Below, piece by piece: positions 1 to 12,437 of a stretch of DNA of 64,000 nt (position 1 is the stretch's first letter; each line of letters begins with the position of its first letter). The translations under genes and the position numbers were made by a program. Below the pieces are notes generated by a model that did no database searches, was not told the DNA's origin, and saw only the letters and a list, made by a program, of their open reading frames with translations. The DNA is from Haliotis rubra (taxonomy: Eukaryota), in assembly GCF_003918875.1 (NCBI RefSeq), contig NW_025766536.1, forward strand, positions 744,001 to 808,000, written 5' to 3'.

Positions 1-1145
1 ATTCTTTCTCCGCTCACCTCCCCTCATTTCCCTCATGCCAGTGATGCAGGTGTGGTTGCCCCCGGCAACAGAGGTGCGACAAACACTCGCACACACGCAC
101 GTACATGATTCTCCCTGGATACTGCAGCTTACGTCACCATCTCCATCGTTTTCTATTACAATCAATAAACGTCAGCCCCCAACAGGCCAGGTCCTTTATG
201 CATGCAGTCTATAAATAGACCATGCTGGCTTCAAGCCTTGCTATGCACATGAGCTAAAAATAGAGGTACATTAAGGCAGTCCATGGAATGCGTGCAGAGA
301 ATATGAGGCAGGCTGTTTTTGTATTTTTTCAAAAGCTGGTTTATATACACACAGAAACAGACTTTCTGTAGTGGGTTTTCAGTTTTTGGTGAGGTCATTG
401 ATATATGCATTTTTTTTTTCCCTTCATCTAACATTCTTCATCTCTTCATCTTGCATTTACTCAACAGATATTTTTTTGGCTTAAATTGACTCAAGTAATA
501 TCAACTGATCGAATTAATTTCTGTCCATGCAGATAAGGGATTATCTCAGCAGATTTTCCCACCCATTTACTGTCATAAAGGGGATGGTTGGGGGGTGGGG
601 ATTTTTTTCTTTGTCCCACATTTTTCTTTTTTCCTTTTTGTGTGTGTGACACACACAGCTTGTCCACAGATACTTGCGTGATTTTGCAGCTTTCAGTATG
701 TTGATATTGCTCATATCAGTTGTTGGGTTACATCTTTCTCCTCGCACATATCAGTTGTTGGGTTACATCTTTCTCCTCGCAGGGATTTAGAGGTAGAATT
801 ATACCCCAGAACCCCATGTGTGTCTTCCAGCATTGCTCCCTCCCAAACTTGTGCTTGTGTTCAGTGGCAGGTTAGATCCCCCGTGCAACATCCTTGTGTA
901 TCTAGTGACATTTTAAGGCAGCATTGGTCCCCATTATCTCACGTTTGTCTCTCTGTCTGAGATTTCAAAGCAGTACTAGTATCAGAACCTCATGTGTGTC
1001 GTCCCTATGAGATTTCAAGGCAGCATTGGTCTCCAGAACTTCATGCTTGTGTTCCATTTGCAATTGAGTGGCAGGCTAGATCCCCCGTGCAACATCCTTG
1101 TGTATCTAGTGACATTTCAAGGCAACATTGGTCCCCATTATCTCA

Positions 1146-1455
1146 CGCTTGTCTCCCTCTCTGAGATTTGAAGCGGTGCTAGTCTCAAGAACATCATGCT
1201 TGTCTCTCTCTCTGAGATTTGAAGCGGTGCTAGTCTCAAGAACATCATGCTTGTCTCCCTCTCTGAGATTTGAAGCGGTGCTAGTCTCAAGAACATCATG
1301 CTTGTCTCCCTCTCTGAGATTTGAAGCAGTGCTAGTCTCAAGAACATCATGCTTGTCTCCCTCTCTGAGATTTGAAGCAGTGCTAGTCTCAAGAACATCA
1401 TGCTTGTCTCCCTTTCTGAGATTTGAAGCAGTGCTAGTCTCAAGAACATCATGTG
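1146..1455. repeat. 51-bp minisatellite, ~6 copies (intronic)
   Basis: gcttgtctccctctctgagatttgaagcggtgctagtctcaagaacatcat in tandem. Confidence 0.95.
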
Positions 1456-1589
1456 TGTGTTCCATTTAGGCTATGTTCCCTGAGGTTCACCTTTCTCTCC
1501 CAGGAGATCGTAACATCACTGAAACAAAGCTTATCCAACAATAAATTTTAGCTCCTTTCATTCCCTCCCTCCATTCCTCCCCACTCACT

Positions 1590-1753
1590 GGGGGCGGTGG
1601 GGTAGCCTAGTGGTTAAAGCGTTCGCCCGTCATGCCGAAGACCCGGTTCAATTCCCCACATGGGTACAGTGTGTGAAGCCCATTTCTGGTGTCCCCTGCT
1701 GTGATATTGCTGAAAGCGGCATAAAACTAAGCTCGCTCACTCACTCACTCACT
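1590..1753 (+). mobile_element. tRNA-derived SINE, family A (~165 bp)
   Basis: A box (tagcctagtggtta), B box (ggttcaattcc), (CTCA)n tail; more than 20 copies in the window. Confidence 0.9.
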
Positions 1754-1961
1754 CTCCGTAGAGATAGTAGCATCACTGAAACGAAGCTGATACAACTCCT
1801 TTCTTCCGTCCATTGCTCCTCACTCACTAGGCAGAACAGATACCATGTAGCTATGTGTAACAGGTTGCTTCTCTTGTTGACAAAGATCCCAAATACCCTG
1901 TGTTTTCAGGGTAGAAGGGGTTAGGGCACCCTGTGTCAGAGATGCATCCCTTTGGCATGTA

Positions 1962-2292
1962 CCTGTGAAGATCTGGGTTAGAATTTGTCTTCAGGAACCC
2001 ATGCTTGTCGTAAGATGCGACTAACGGGATCGGGTGGTCAGGCTCGCTGACTTGGTTGACACGTCATCGTATCCCAATTGCGTAGATTGATGCTCATGAT
2101 GGTGATCACTGGATTGTCTGGTCCAGATTACATGATCAGCTCATTTTCAAACGTCACTGGTCATCGTATCCCAATTGTGTAGATCATGGTCATGCCTGTT
2201 GATCATTGGATTGTCTGGTCCAGACTCGATTATTTACAGATTTTCCGCCATATAGCTGGAATTTTGTGGCGTTAAGTAACGACCAACCAACC
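1962..2292 (+). mobile_element. SINE family C (Meta/MESC-like domain, headless), with internal duplication
   Basis: ccatgcttgtcgtaagaggcgactaacgggatcgggtggtcagg... with tail gctggaat...gcgttaa. The domain name is from recall. Confidence 0.82.
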
Positions 2293-3053
2293 CTTGGGCA
2301 TGTAGGAAAGTATTGCGAGATTGAATTCCGGTTCACCCCAATTCTGTCATTGGTTTGTCAGCACTGAAGCCATGCTCAAGTGAACTGAGTGAGTTAAGTT
2401 GGACACTGCTTTTAGCAATATTCCAGCAACATCACGGCAGGGGACACCAGAAATAGGATTCCCCATGCTCCTGAGTTTCACCAAGGTGGTGAACATCGAA
2501 AACCTGCATCTTTTCAGGGTTTTCTCACAGTGATTTACACGGATGAGAATTTTTGGACTTTCATAAGGCCAAAGGTCATTTTGTGAATCGTCTAAATTCG
2601 ATAGCTGCTATCCCTCAGGCTAGTTTTCAGAGTTTTTCTCAAAACTTCATTCTCATCCCTGGATTTAACTGTTCAGATCGGCATGAAACCCAACTCACTC
2701 ACTCACTCACTTTGATGTTAAACGAAAGGCATTCTGAGGGCAAGTGAAAGGGCTTTCCTTTCATGCACCGTATATGATAGGCGATAAGCTGAATTTTGTC
2801 GAAAGCATTCTGTAGAAAGGGATTGGCTTATCTGCAGGTTACATTTTTATCAGACTTTTTCTTCTGGCTGTTAGAAAACCATTCATAACAACCATTGAGG
2901 TGGTAAAAATTTCAGGTTAATTCGTATTCTTGTAGGAACTAGAAGATGTGTTTGCTGTGTCACTGTAGTGACAAGGATAGTGTTCAGGCTATCGACCTCT
3001 TGTTGGCAGCTGTAAATAATGTTTGTCTTTCATCTGCATCATAATTGCTCATA

Positions 3054-3220
3054 GGCTGGTAGGGTAGCCTGGTGGTAAAAGCATTCGCTCGTCATGACAA
3101 AGTCCCGGGTTCGATTCCCTATATGGTTACAACATGTGAAGCCCATTTCTGGTGTCCCCCGTCATGATATTGCTGGAATATTGCTAAAAGCGGCATAAAA
3201 CCATACTCACTCACTCACTC
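3054..3220 (+). mobile_element. SINE family A
   Basis: A/B boxes and (CTCA)n tail. Confidence 0.9.
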
Positions 3221-3614
3221 TAACAGCAAATACTATAGTAAAGTCTGAAGTTATGGAATATCGTTGTGACAGACATGTGATTATGTTACTGTTGTAACGG
3301 ACATGTGAATATCGTTGTGACAGACGTGAATATAATACTGTTGTGACAGACATGTATAAGTTATCACGCAAGTGTGTTTTTGGATGGTTAATATCCTGCA
3401 TTAGGAATAAACATTGTATTTAGCGAGCCTTCTTGGATCAAAGGACTGACAGTACCGTAATCATGGCCGTCAATCCGGACACAACGCCATGTTTGTTTAC
3501 ACTGTGAAAGTAAAATTTGCATATGACCTTTCTAATTTGTGAATATCGTAACAGATGTGAATGCATTACTTTTGTGACAGACATGTGAATACAGTTGACA
3601 GTCATGGCCTTGTG

Positions 3615-3900
3615 GACAGTTATGTGAATACAGTTGTCATGTGAATAGTGACAGTTATGTGAATACAGTTGTCATGTGAATAGTGACAGTTATGTGAATA
3701 CAGTTGTCATGTGAATAGTGACCGTTATGTGAATACAGTTGTCATGTGAATAGTGACAGTTATGTGAATACAGTTGTCATGTTAATAGTGAGTTATGTGA
3801 ATAGTGACAGTTATGTGAATACAGTTGTCATGTGAATAGTGACAGTTATGTTAATACAGTTGTCATGTGAATAGTGACAGTTATGTGAATACAGTTGACT
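3615..3900. repeat. 35-bp minisatellite
   Basis: gtgacagttatgtgaatacagttgtcatgtgaata in tandem. Confidence 0.93.
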
Positions 3901-4321
3901 GATGTGTAAATACAGTTTCCTACAGTGTCTGCAATCACAACACTAATACTTAAATCTCCCCTCCCTACCCTACCCATCAGGCCACGCCCACCTGCCACGC
4001 CCACTACAAACAGTGTTGTGTGATTCTGGTTGGCATGTCCTCTACAAACATCTTCCTCTGGCTCTTCCTGTTTATGTCAAAATTGAATAATGTTTGGTTC
4101 GAGGCTGAACAGCTAACACAACCAATATGAAATTCTGAATTTTTCTAAAACACCTTTGGTCAATTGATGCATTTTTTAAGAACATCTGGTATTTGCTTTT
4201 GAGAAAATGAAAGGATAAATGTTTACAACTGAAATTTGGCTGATGATTTTCACACCACATGGTTTTCTAAGGCTAGCTAGTATACGGTTTGAAGAATGGG
4301 AGGGTGGTCCCCTACACCACT

Positions 4322-5107
4322 AAAATAGGGTACTTGTTGGTCCCTGCCTGGCTCTCGGCATTAATGGGTACAACAAGGGGCAAGACTACAGAATACCGGA
4401 TACCTTCCGCCATCTTGGAAAGCTTATTTTAGAACTGCGCACAAAATGTGCGCAACGGAGTTCCTTAGTAACGGCGTTTTGTTTATGTTGCATACTCGAC
4501 ATTACGAGCATCAGGGTTTAGGGTTAGGGTTTAGGGTTTAGGGTTAGATTAGACATTAGATATGATGCTTACCTTCACAGAACGAAATCGTCAGCACTGT
4601 CGTTAGCATCGGGTTGTAGGGAAGCGAAGCTCCAACTCCCAGAATTCCGTAGGTCCGTTTTTTTCAAAGGCGCATATATTTTTTATTTGTGATAACTTAC
4701 CTTTCATTTTAAAAATCGTTGGTTAGTTTTACTAACCGGAAGTCTTCTCAATCAATCCGATTTCAATGGTTATTTTTCATTTTAATGCTCGCTTATTGTT
4801 TCGAATAATATAGCTCGTGCTTCCCTATAATAGGAAGTGCGCGTGCTAACAAAGAATATGGTTGGTAGGTATCCGGTATTCTGTAGGTGTACCCAACAAG
4901 GACTGGTCGGCTTGGAGTCAGTATAATGTGTCTGAGTGGGGTATTCATGCTTAACTGCGGCATGGTATCTCAGTGAGCTAGCACTATAAAACCAGCTTCA
5001 GTCTGGGCTAGTACAAGCAGCCGCACATACACAAACACACGCATGCACGTCGTCATATGAGCGAAATATTCTCAAGCACGACGTTAAACCCAATTTCACC
5101 TCACCTC
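4322..5107 (+). mobile_element. SINE family B (V-domain-like), 5'-truncated, interrupted by a MITE at 4378-4894
   Basis: Matches 14630-14975 on both sides of the insertion. Confidence 0.88.
4378..4894. mobile_element. Non-autonomous DNA transposon (GGG...CCC ends, 6-bp TSD AACAAG, internal TTAGGG-like repeats)
   Basis: TIR core ctacagaataccggatacc / ggtatccggtattctgtag; TSD at 4372-4377 and 4895-4900. Confidence 0.9.
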
Positions 5108-5914
5108 TTCCCAGCCCAAGGGACACAACTCTGCACATAATATTTCAGTGCCTTAAACACTAGGGCTCCCCCACTAACATTGTAGAACATGTCAATTTAC
5201 GGTTTATGTATTGTTGTTATTTTTATATATATTTTTTGGCGTTTTGGGTATTTTAATAAATTTATACATTTGTGCTCTCATAGAAAGTAATATTAAGCAG
5301 TAAGGCATTTGTTTTTGTTTTTGCTCAAGTTCCCAAATTTACAAGGTGTTTGAGAAAGACATGTGGTGTATGAAGCGTGTTGGCTGTAGGCTAGGAACCT
5401 AGCGGTTATCAAGCTCATTTTAGAGCTTGTGTGTTTTAATCGGTTATTTGAGAAAATTCAAATTTAATTCAAATTCCAGCCTGTTTTCATCGCAGGATTA
5501 GAATTATAGTTTCTGCATGTGCTTCTCTTTCAGCTGAAACGGTTATTTAAAATTAATTTGAAGACTGGTGTCACAAATGCAGCTTTAATATCTGATCAAG
5601 TCCAAGAAGAATATGTTCAATACAATGAGTCGTTTCCTTCAGTGAGTGACCAGTGTTTCTGCTGACTGTATCAAAACATGCCTCATGTTATTTGTAAATA
5701 GAACTTTTACCTTTAGTCAGCAATTTTTTAGGAGCTGTTTTGTAACCGGTGAAAATTTATATTCCAATAATTCATGCAGGACAAATCAATAAATTCATTA
5801 AATACAACTCTAATCAATAGTACAACACAAAACATTGACTTCAACACAAAATGTAGTAAATAATCAATAATAACAATTTATTAAATGCAATATTCATCAA
5901 CACATATCAAGATC

Positions 5915-6198
5915 AGTATAGATCATTAGAACACTAATCAATAAGAACAGTACAGATCCTTAGAACACCAATCAATAAGAACAGTACAGATCCTTAGAAC
6001 ACCAATCAATAAGAACAGTACAGATCATTAGAACACCAATCAATAAGAACAGTACAGATCCTTAGAACGCCAATCAATAAGAACAGTACAGATCATTAGA
6101 ACACCAGTCAATAAGAACAGTACAGATCATTAGAACACCAATCAATAAGAACAGTACAGATCATTAGAACACCAATCAGTAAGAACAGTACAGATCAT
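5915..6198. repeat. 34-bp minisatellite, ~8 copies
   Basis: agaacaccaatcaataagaacagtacagatcatt in tandem. Confidence 0.95.
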
Positions 6199-6259
6199 TT
6201 TAGCGCTAAGTGCTACATCTTATTTAATCCTTTCTTGTGAAATATAATAATCAGATTGA

Positions 6260-6506
6260 CCCGTGAAGGTCCCGGTTAAAATATGGATCGTCAGTAACCC
6301 ATGCTTGTTGTAAGAGGCGACTAATGGGATCGGGTGGTCACACTTGCTGGCATGGTTGACACATGTCATCGGTTCCGAATTGCACAGATCGATGCTCATG
6401 CTGTTGATCACTGGATTGTCTGGTCCAGACTCGATTATTTACAGACTGCTGCCATATAGCTGGAATATTGCTGAGTGCGGCGTAAAACTAAACTCACTCA
6501 CTCACT
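6260..6506 (+). mobile_element. SINE family C
   Basis: Same body; TSD taataatcagattga. Confidence 0.88.
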
Positions 6507-7757
6507 AATAATCAGATTGATAATCAGAGCTCAGTAATTGATCAATAATCGAATAATTGTTATCGTAAATCCCAACACAACATTTGTGTGAGCAATAACA
6601 TGACACACTCATAGCATTAACCACTAGGCTACACAACCGCACATAACAATACAAAATATACTTTTTAAAGTTTAATTTAATGTTTCATTTTTAATAATTG
6701 TCGATTAATCTCCCAAGTCCATCAATAATCGCTGTTTCAATCAGTCACTCCAGCACTACTAAGAGAGGGTATTGAGCCGCGTTTGTGACGCCCTGTTCAG
6801 ATTTGTTGTTTGTCACCCGAACTGTCTGCAGTTGCATTTCTTTCTGTTGATCATTTCATCAAACACGTCCAGTATTCCGTTCTCATCATTTCTATGTATT
6901 CATTTAAGTTGTAGTTTTTTCTGTAACACATTTCATTCTGATGTCTTATTACGTTAATTCCTTCGTAGAACCTTTAAACCAAATTCTCTGACAATTATAA
7001 CAAAATGATAATTTATTCTAACAAATTTTACGACCTTGACTTTTGAATATTGTTTGGTTTATCTGGCCTGGTGAAAACTATTGAAAATATTCTTTCAGGA
7101 AAATAGAAGAAAATGACAAAGTAATGGCAATCATGATCTGATATTGTTATGGTGAGTTGATAGCAAGTTAGAGAATTTTAAGTCACTCCTTCTCCTTCCT
7201 GCTTCATGCTTATGTTCTGTTGCCGCCTCAGTCTTCTCTTTACCTTCATACAAGTTCCTGATAAATAGACCATAAATTGATATAGTCATCGAAATCATTT
7301 TCAAAATCTACACAACACTTTCATTTGACCCTATATTTGAGTGTTGTCCGTTTTGATATGTTCCGTCTAAGTTACGTGAACCGTTTATAACAAATTGTAA
7401 CAAATTTGACAAATTAATAAATTCTGTGCCCTTTTGGGTGAATTCTGGATAATGACCAGAAAGTAATATTAATGTTTGAAGCGAGATAACCCATATTCTG
7501 ACATGTAATTTTGATTGAAAAATTGAAATCCAAAATGTGGTCTAATTTTTATGTGATTTATTTGGATTCATATTTGTTAATGTGAGTATTTTGGGGCCTA
7601 AATTATCATTTTCCAAAACATGTTTTGGTTAATATCATACGTAGGCTCCTGTGTTTAGAAATGAAACTGTTTATCAGGAACTATTCTCATTGTTGTGCCG
7701 TTCAGTTTGTTGTGTGTTCAGCATCATTATCTAAAACATATTGTGTCTCCTTTCCAG

Positions 7758-8611
7758 TGAGTTTGAGCCAGTCAAGTGGTCGGGCGCGGTCTGACCCCAC
7801 CCACCAACACCACCCACATCTACACATGCAGTCATCCCACTCAGCAGCTCACCACCAGGGGGCGCACACAGGAGGGGGAGGAGGAGGAGGCGGCGGCTAC
7901 ACCACTATGGATTGTGAGAGTCCTCACCACCGCCCAACCGTCGTCACGACAACCGCGCACCACGCTGCACACCATCACCCACTTGCACAGCAGCCAAGCT
8001 GGACCAGTGCGGAGGTATCCCAACTCCACGGTCGCCATAGCAATGGGTCGCATTCACATTCCCACTCGCATCAACGGCATCATCACCATTCACCCTCATC
8101 GTCGACATCAACCACGTCATTACATCAGTCTGGCCACTCAATCCTCAGTGGGACGACCGGAACGTCCCAGCAGAACCTAATGCTCGGAACACTCTACTCT
8201 GACCCGGAAAGAAGTAGCTTCAGTGCCCGCACGAATTTCGCCCCCAGCGGCGTGCCCCCACCGGAATTGTCTTCCGCTACAAACATGGCCGGTTCAGGTG
8301 AACTCGGCAATGTACATGCACTTCATCATCATCCGAGCGGGAACAGCCTAGAAGCCACCCAGCTGGGCTCAGTGAACATGCAGCTGGCCGGGTACCCATC
8401 ATCCCCTGGACAATATGGACAGTTCGGTCAACAAGCAGGATGGCCTCCCTCGGCCTTCCCATACGCTTTAACATCCACAGCTGCTCCGACATCTTTGACC
8501 AGTCATGACCCCACAGGCCAACACAACCGGACTGGAGGTGCAGGGGAGAGGGGAGAAGAGTCCCCTATGGTTGGGGTGTGCGTTCAACAGAGCCCTGTGG
8601 CTAGCCATTAA
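7758..8611 (+). CDS. DYRK1A: Terminal coding exon of dual-specificity tyrosine-phosphorylation-regulated kinase 1A / minibrain orthologue (His-rich C-terminal tail)
   Basis: Translation contains SGRARSDPTHQH...MDCE and ends EESPMVGVCVQQSPVASH*, matching my recollection of vertebrate DYRK1A (SGRARSDPTHQH...AMDCE; EESPMTGVCVQQSPVASS*). Polypyrimidine tract plus CAG acceptor (tctcctttccag) ends at 7757, phase 1. Kinase-domain exons lie upstream of the window. Confidence 0.93.
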
Positions 8612-8959
8612 CGTCGGGCTAGGAACTAGGTGTGTTTGTATAGTGTGCCATCTGTAGGGGTGGGGTTCATTCCTCTCTGAGATCGTGGCTCAGAGCGGGC
8701 TCCACATATGGTGGTGCAGGGATGGAGAATCTTGCTGTTGCAAAAACTCCCACATTGAGTGACAGGGCTCCCTTATGTCTTGGATTATATACAGAGTGCC
8801 GTGGACTGACGCGATAAACCAAGGCTGTGGACTGATGCAGTGAACGAGTGCTGCGTAGGTCTTGATGGCAACACAGGAAATTCTGGAACAGTGCTTTCCT
8901 GGCTCTGGTAACAAGGGGGTAAACGCTCTCCCTGACAAGCTTATGCCTCTTGAACTGGA

Positions 8960-9815
8960 TGTCCGACCAAGGACTCTCCACCAGACAGATCAGGCTTGGC
9001 TAGGTATCCGACCACGGACTGCAACAGACAGATCAGGCTTGACTGGATATCCGACCACGAACTCTCCAACAGACAGATCAGGCTTGACTGTATATCCAAC
9101 CATGGACTCAAACAGAAAGATCAGGCTTGACTGTACGTCCGACTACGGACTCCCAACAGACAGATCAGGCTTGACTGTATATCCGACCACGGACTCCTAC
9201 AGACAGTTCAGGCTTGACTGTATGTCCGACCACGGACTCTCCAACAGAAAGATCAGGCTTGACTGTATGTCCGACCACGGACTCTCCAACAGAAAGATCA
9301 GGCTTGACTGTATGTCCGACCATGGACTCCAACAGACAGATCAGGCTTGACTGTACGTCCGACTACGGACTCCCAACAGACAGTTCAGGCTTGACTGTAT
9401 GTCCAACCATGGACACCAACAGATAGATCAGGCTTGACTGTACGTCCAACTGCGGACTCCAACAGACAGATCAGGCTTGACTATATATCCGACCATTGAC
9501 TCTCCAACAGACAGTTCAGGCTTGACTATATATCCGACCACGGACTCCTACAGACAGTTCAGGCTTGACTGTATGTCCGACCATGGACTCCAACAGACAG
9601 ATCAGGCTTGACTGTACGTCCGACTACGGACTCCAACAGACAGATCAGGCTTGACTGTATATCCGACTACGGACTCCTACAGAAAGATCAGGCTTGACTA
9701 GATATCTGACCACAGACAGATCAGGCTTGACTGTGTCCAACCACGGACTCTCCAACAGACAGATCAGGCTTGATTGGATATCCGACCATGGACTCCAGCA
9801 GACAGATCAGGCTTG
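8960..9815. repeat. 43-45-bp minisatellite in probable DYRK1A 3' UTR, ~19 copies
   Basis: acagacagatcaggcttgactgtatgtccgaccacggactc(tc)ca in tandem. Confidence 0.95.
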
Positions 9816-12344
9816 TGCTAGCCTTGAACAAGAAAGAGATCCTATGACAGTGTTAGAAACCCCTTACATTACCAACGTGCACCAAGACGGGCAATACTGA
9901 CATTTAGTGTGCCCATATGCAACAAACGTGTCAGCCAAAATTTTGTAGAATTGTTTCCGCAGATCGGCATCAGGCTTTCCAAGTGTGGTGTTATCCAGTG
10001 GTGAATCCCTCTCGGCAAGACATTCGCCACGATCGGAGAAAGGCTATGAATGAAAACAAACGTTTTCCCGACATACAGAAACGTGTCGGACCAATGCCAA
10101 ATCAACTGATTCATTTATAAACTGGACACACTTTCATTGTATATAATCTTGTGTGGGCAGGATAATGACTGCTAAAGCACTTCCCACATACTTACCCTTC
10201 AGATTGCGACTACTCCCGAACAGCGTAAATAAGCTAGTCACCACTGGGTTCGGTTCCTCCAATATAATTGTATATAGTGTATATAAAACCGGGGCAACCT
10301 ATCTTCCACGGAAGACAAAGGCCCTCGACAGCAAGTGTGGGTTTGAAGAATGACGGTCTTGGATGCCCGATCTTGAAAGACCGGCATTCGACTGCTTGTA
10401 TATAATGCTTGATACAAACAGAATGTGTAAATTGGTCCTGAAGTATGCTATAATGTGACTATTTATTATTTAAGATTGAAAGGTTGGGCCCAAGTAGGTG
10501 CCAGGCAAACAATATATTGCGGTAGGCGGACATCGCTGTGATGATCTGCGCTCCGTGAAACCGTCAGTTCCAAGCTTGAGGTGAAATCTCTAATTTCTCC
10601 TGCTGTTTCTGTTGTCAAGGATTTGTCTTGGCTTGCCACGATTATGTTTTTCCGAAAATTTTGTAAATATTCCAATTTGTGTTTTTGAAATCCCCAAATC
10701 AGATTTGTTCCTTGCCTTTTTTTTAGAATAAATCTTAAAATTCACCTTGACATTTAATTTCTGTAAATGTAAAGAATGTGATGCGTCGCAGAAGTCTGAG
10801 TTAATACTTTTGTTCCATTGTACTTCAAGGCATCGAAACTGATGTATTCTTGCACAACCAACATCATACTTCAACTGAGCATAAGCTTTTCATAGCATTC
10901 ACTAAATGAGAAAATAAATCAACAAATAATTGCTTCTTGCAATATCAGTTGTCTGTCTTAAGTCTCATGGTAGGAATCATCGTTTGTTCAAGCTTGGAGC
11001 TGAAGGTTTCCGTGATGCGGAGGTTAATGATGTCTGCCTACTACTTGTACATAGTCTCCCAATGTCGTAGCTAGGAACGTAGCCTCATACACAGCCACTC
11101 TGCAGCAGGTCAAGGTCATGCAACATCGTTGACAGACAAACATGACCATCAGCACGCATATCTGCATAAACATTGTCGCGTTACGCCAAGACCAGGGGCG
11201 GACGCCATCACAAGCTTGGACAGGATGCATACATCCATACATGTTACTCCATCCATTTTTTTAACTGTTAACTGGATACTTTCTTTATATTTGTGAAGAT
11301 GAAAATTAAATCATGTTCAAGGGAAATGAAAAAGCAAATTTCAAAATTAAGACCATCCCTTATGCTGATCAAGAAGCACCACCTAAGAGAGGTAACTCTC
11401 CATGTAGAGTTGTTTCCCCTTGTTGGCTGCCCTTTCTGTTAATGGGCATGTCAATTTAATAATGGCTCTATATACCGGTACCTTGCTCTGTCAATAGTCA
11501 CTGATGGTTCAGTGAAAAAGTGCTTGAAAGAGTTTTTTAACTTGTTGAAGAAGTGTGCTTTAAATTAATTACAGGGTGTGTTAACCCTCAAGGTCAGACC
11601 TTTGCATCAAGAAGAAACAGCATCAACTGAGTATCAGGATGGCGGTAGCCATAACATTATCATAACTTAAGTAGAACTTCAAGATGATTTCAAGAGTCCT
11701 AAAAATGCATTGCTATCAAGATGACCCATGTCTGTACTCGGTCCGAGACTTGTATGGATTGTACCACACCCGGCACATGTCATGTGACCTAGTTGCTGCT
11801 ACTTGTAGCTTGACCTTCGCCCCCAATCTGTCCTTGACCTGTGACCCCAATCTGTCCTTGACCTATGACCCCAATCTGTCCTTTCTCACACCAATTGGGT
11901 GGGCGACTTTAAAATTTGATGACAGAATTTTTTCTCTGAAATGGGGCTTGGCTAGGGTGACCAATTCCGTTGTATCAAGAGGACTATCCTAAGGCATATA
12001 TTCTGATGAAATAGAAGCATGACCATTTGTGATAAGTTTTTCTCGCATGCCTTGGTGGTTAGGTCTGCCAGATAATGAACATGCTCTCTTACATTTGGAC
12101 AAATATAACTTGTTTTATGTTCATTTTTAACAAAAACATACAATAAAGCGTTCAAGAATTATTTAATTACTTAATTTTGGGTGTAATTTTTATTCTTTTG
12201 TCATTATTCAAATATGATCAATCTACCATTTTGGAACCATGGTTTAGGTTTTAGTCCCAATGATGCAATTCTTTTTATTCTCAGTGTATGTGCTAGACTC
12301 CGATCTATGGCATATTTCTTTCCTTGGCACTTCTTCCCATAGCA

Positions 12345-12437
12345 GTACAATGTGTGAAGCCCATTTCTGGTGTTCCCCAGCCGTGATATTGCTGGAATAT
12401 TGCTAAAAGCGGCGTAAAACTAAACTCACTCACTCAC
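12345..12437 (+). mobile_element. SINE family A, 5'-truncated
   Basis: 3' half plus tail; flanked by duplicated cttcccatagc. Confidence 0.85.

Noticed and set aside
1106-1469. Repeat-protein ORFs (and similar at 8862-9426, 49574-49918)
   Set aside because: Minisatellite translations open in several frames, without splice or start context.
4512-4548. Telomere or chromosome-fusion relic
   Set aside because: Only ~5 units, and internal to a TIR element.
7625-7757. ORF-track N-terminus of the DYRK1A exon
   Set aside because: Intronic, upstream of the acceptor.
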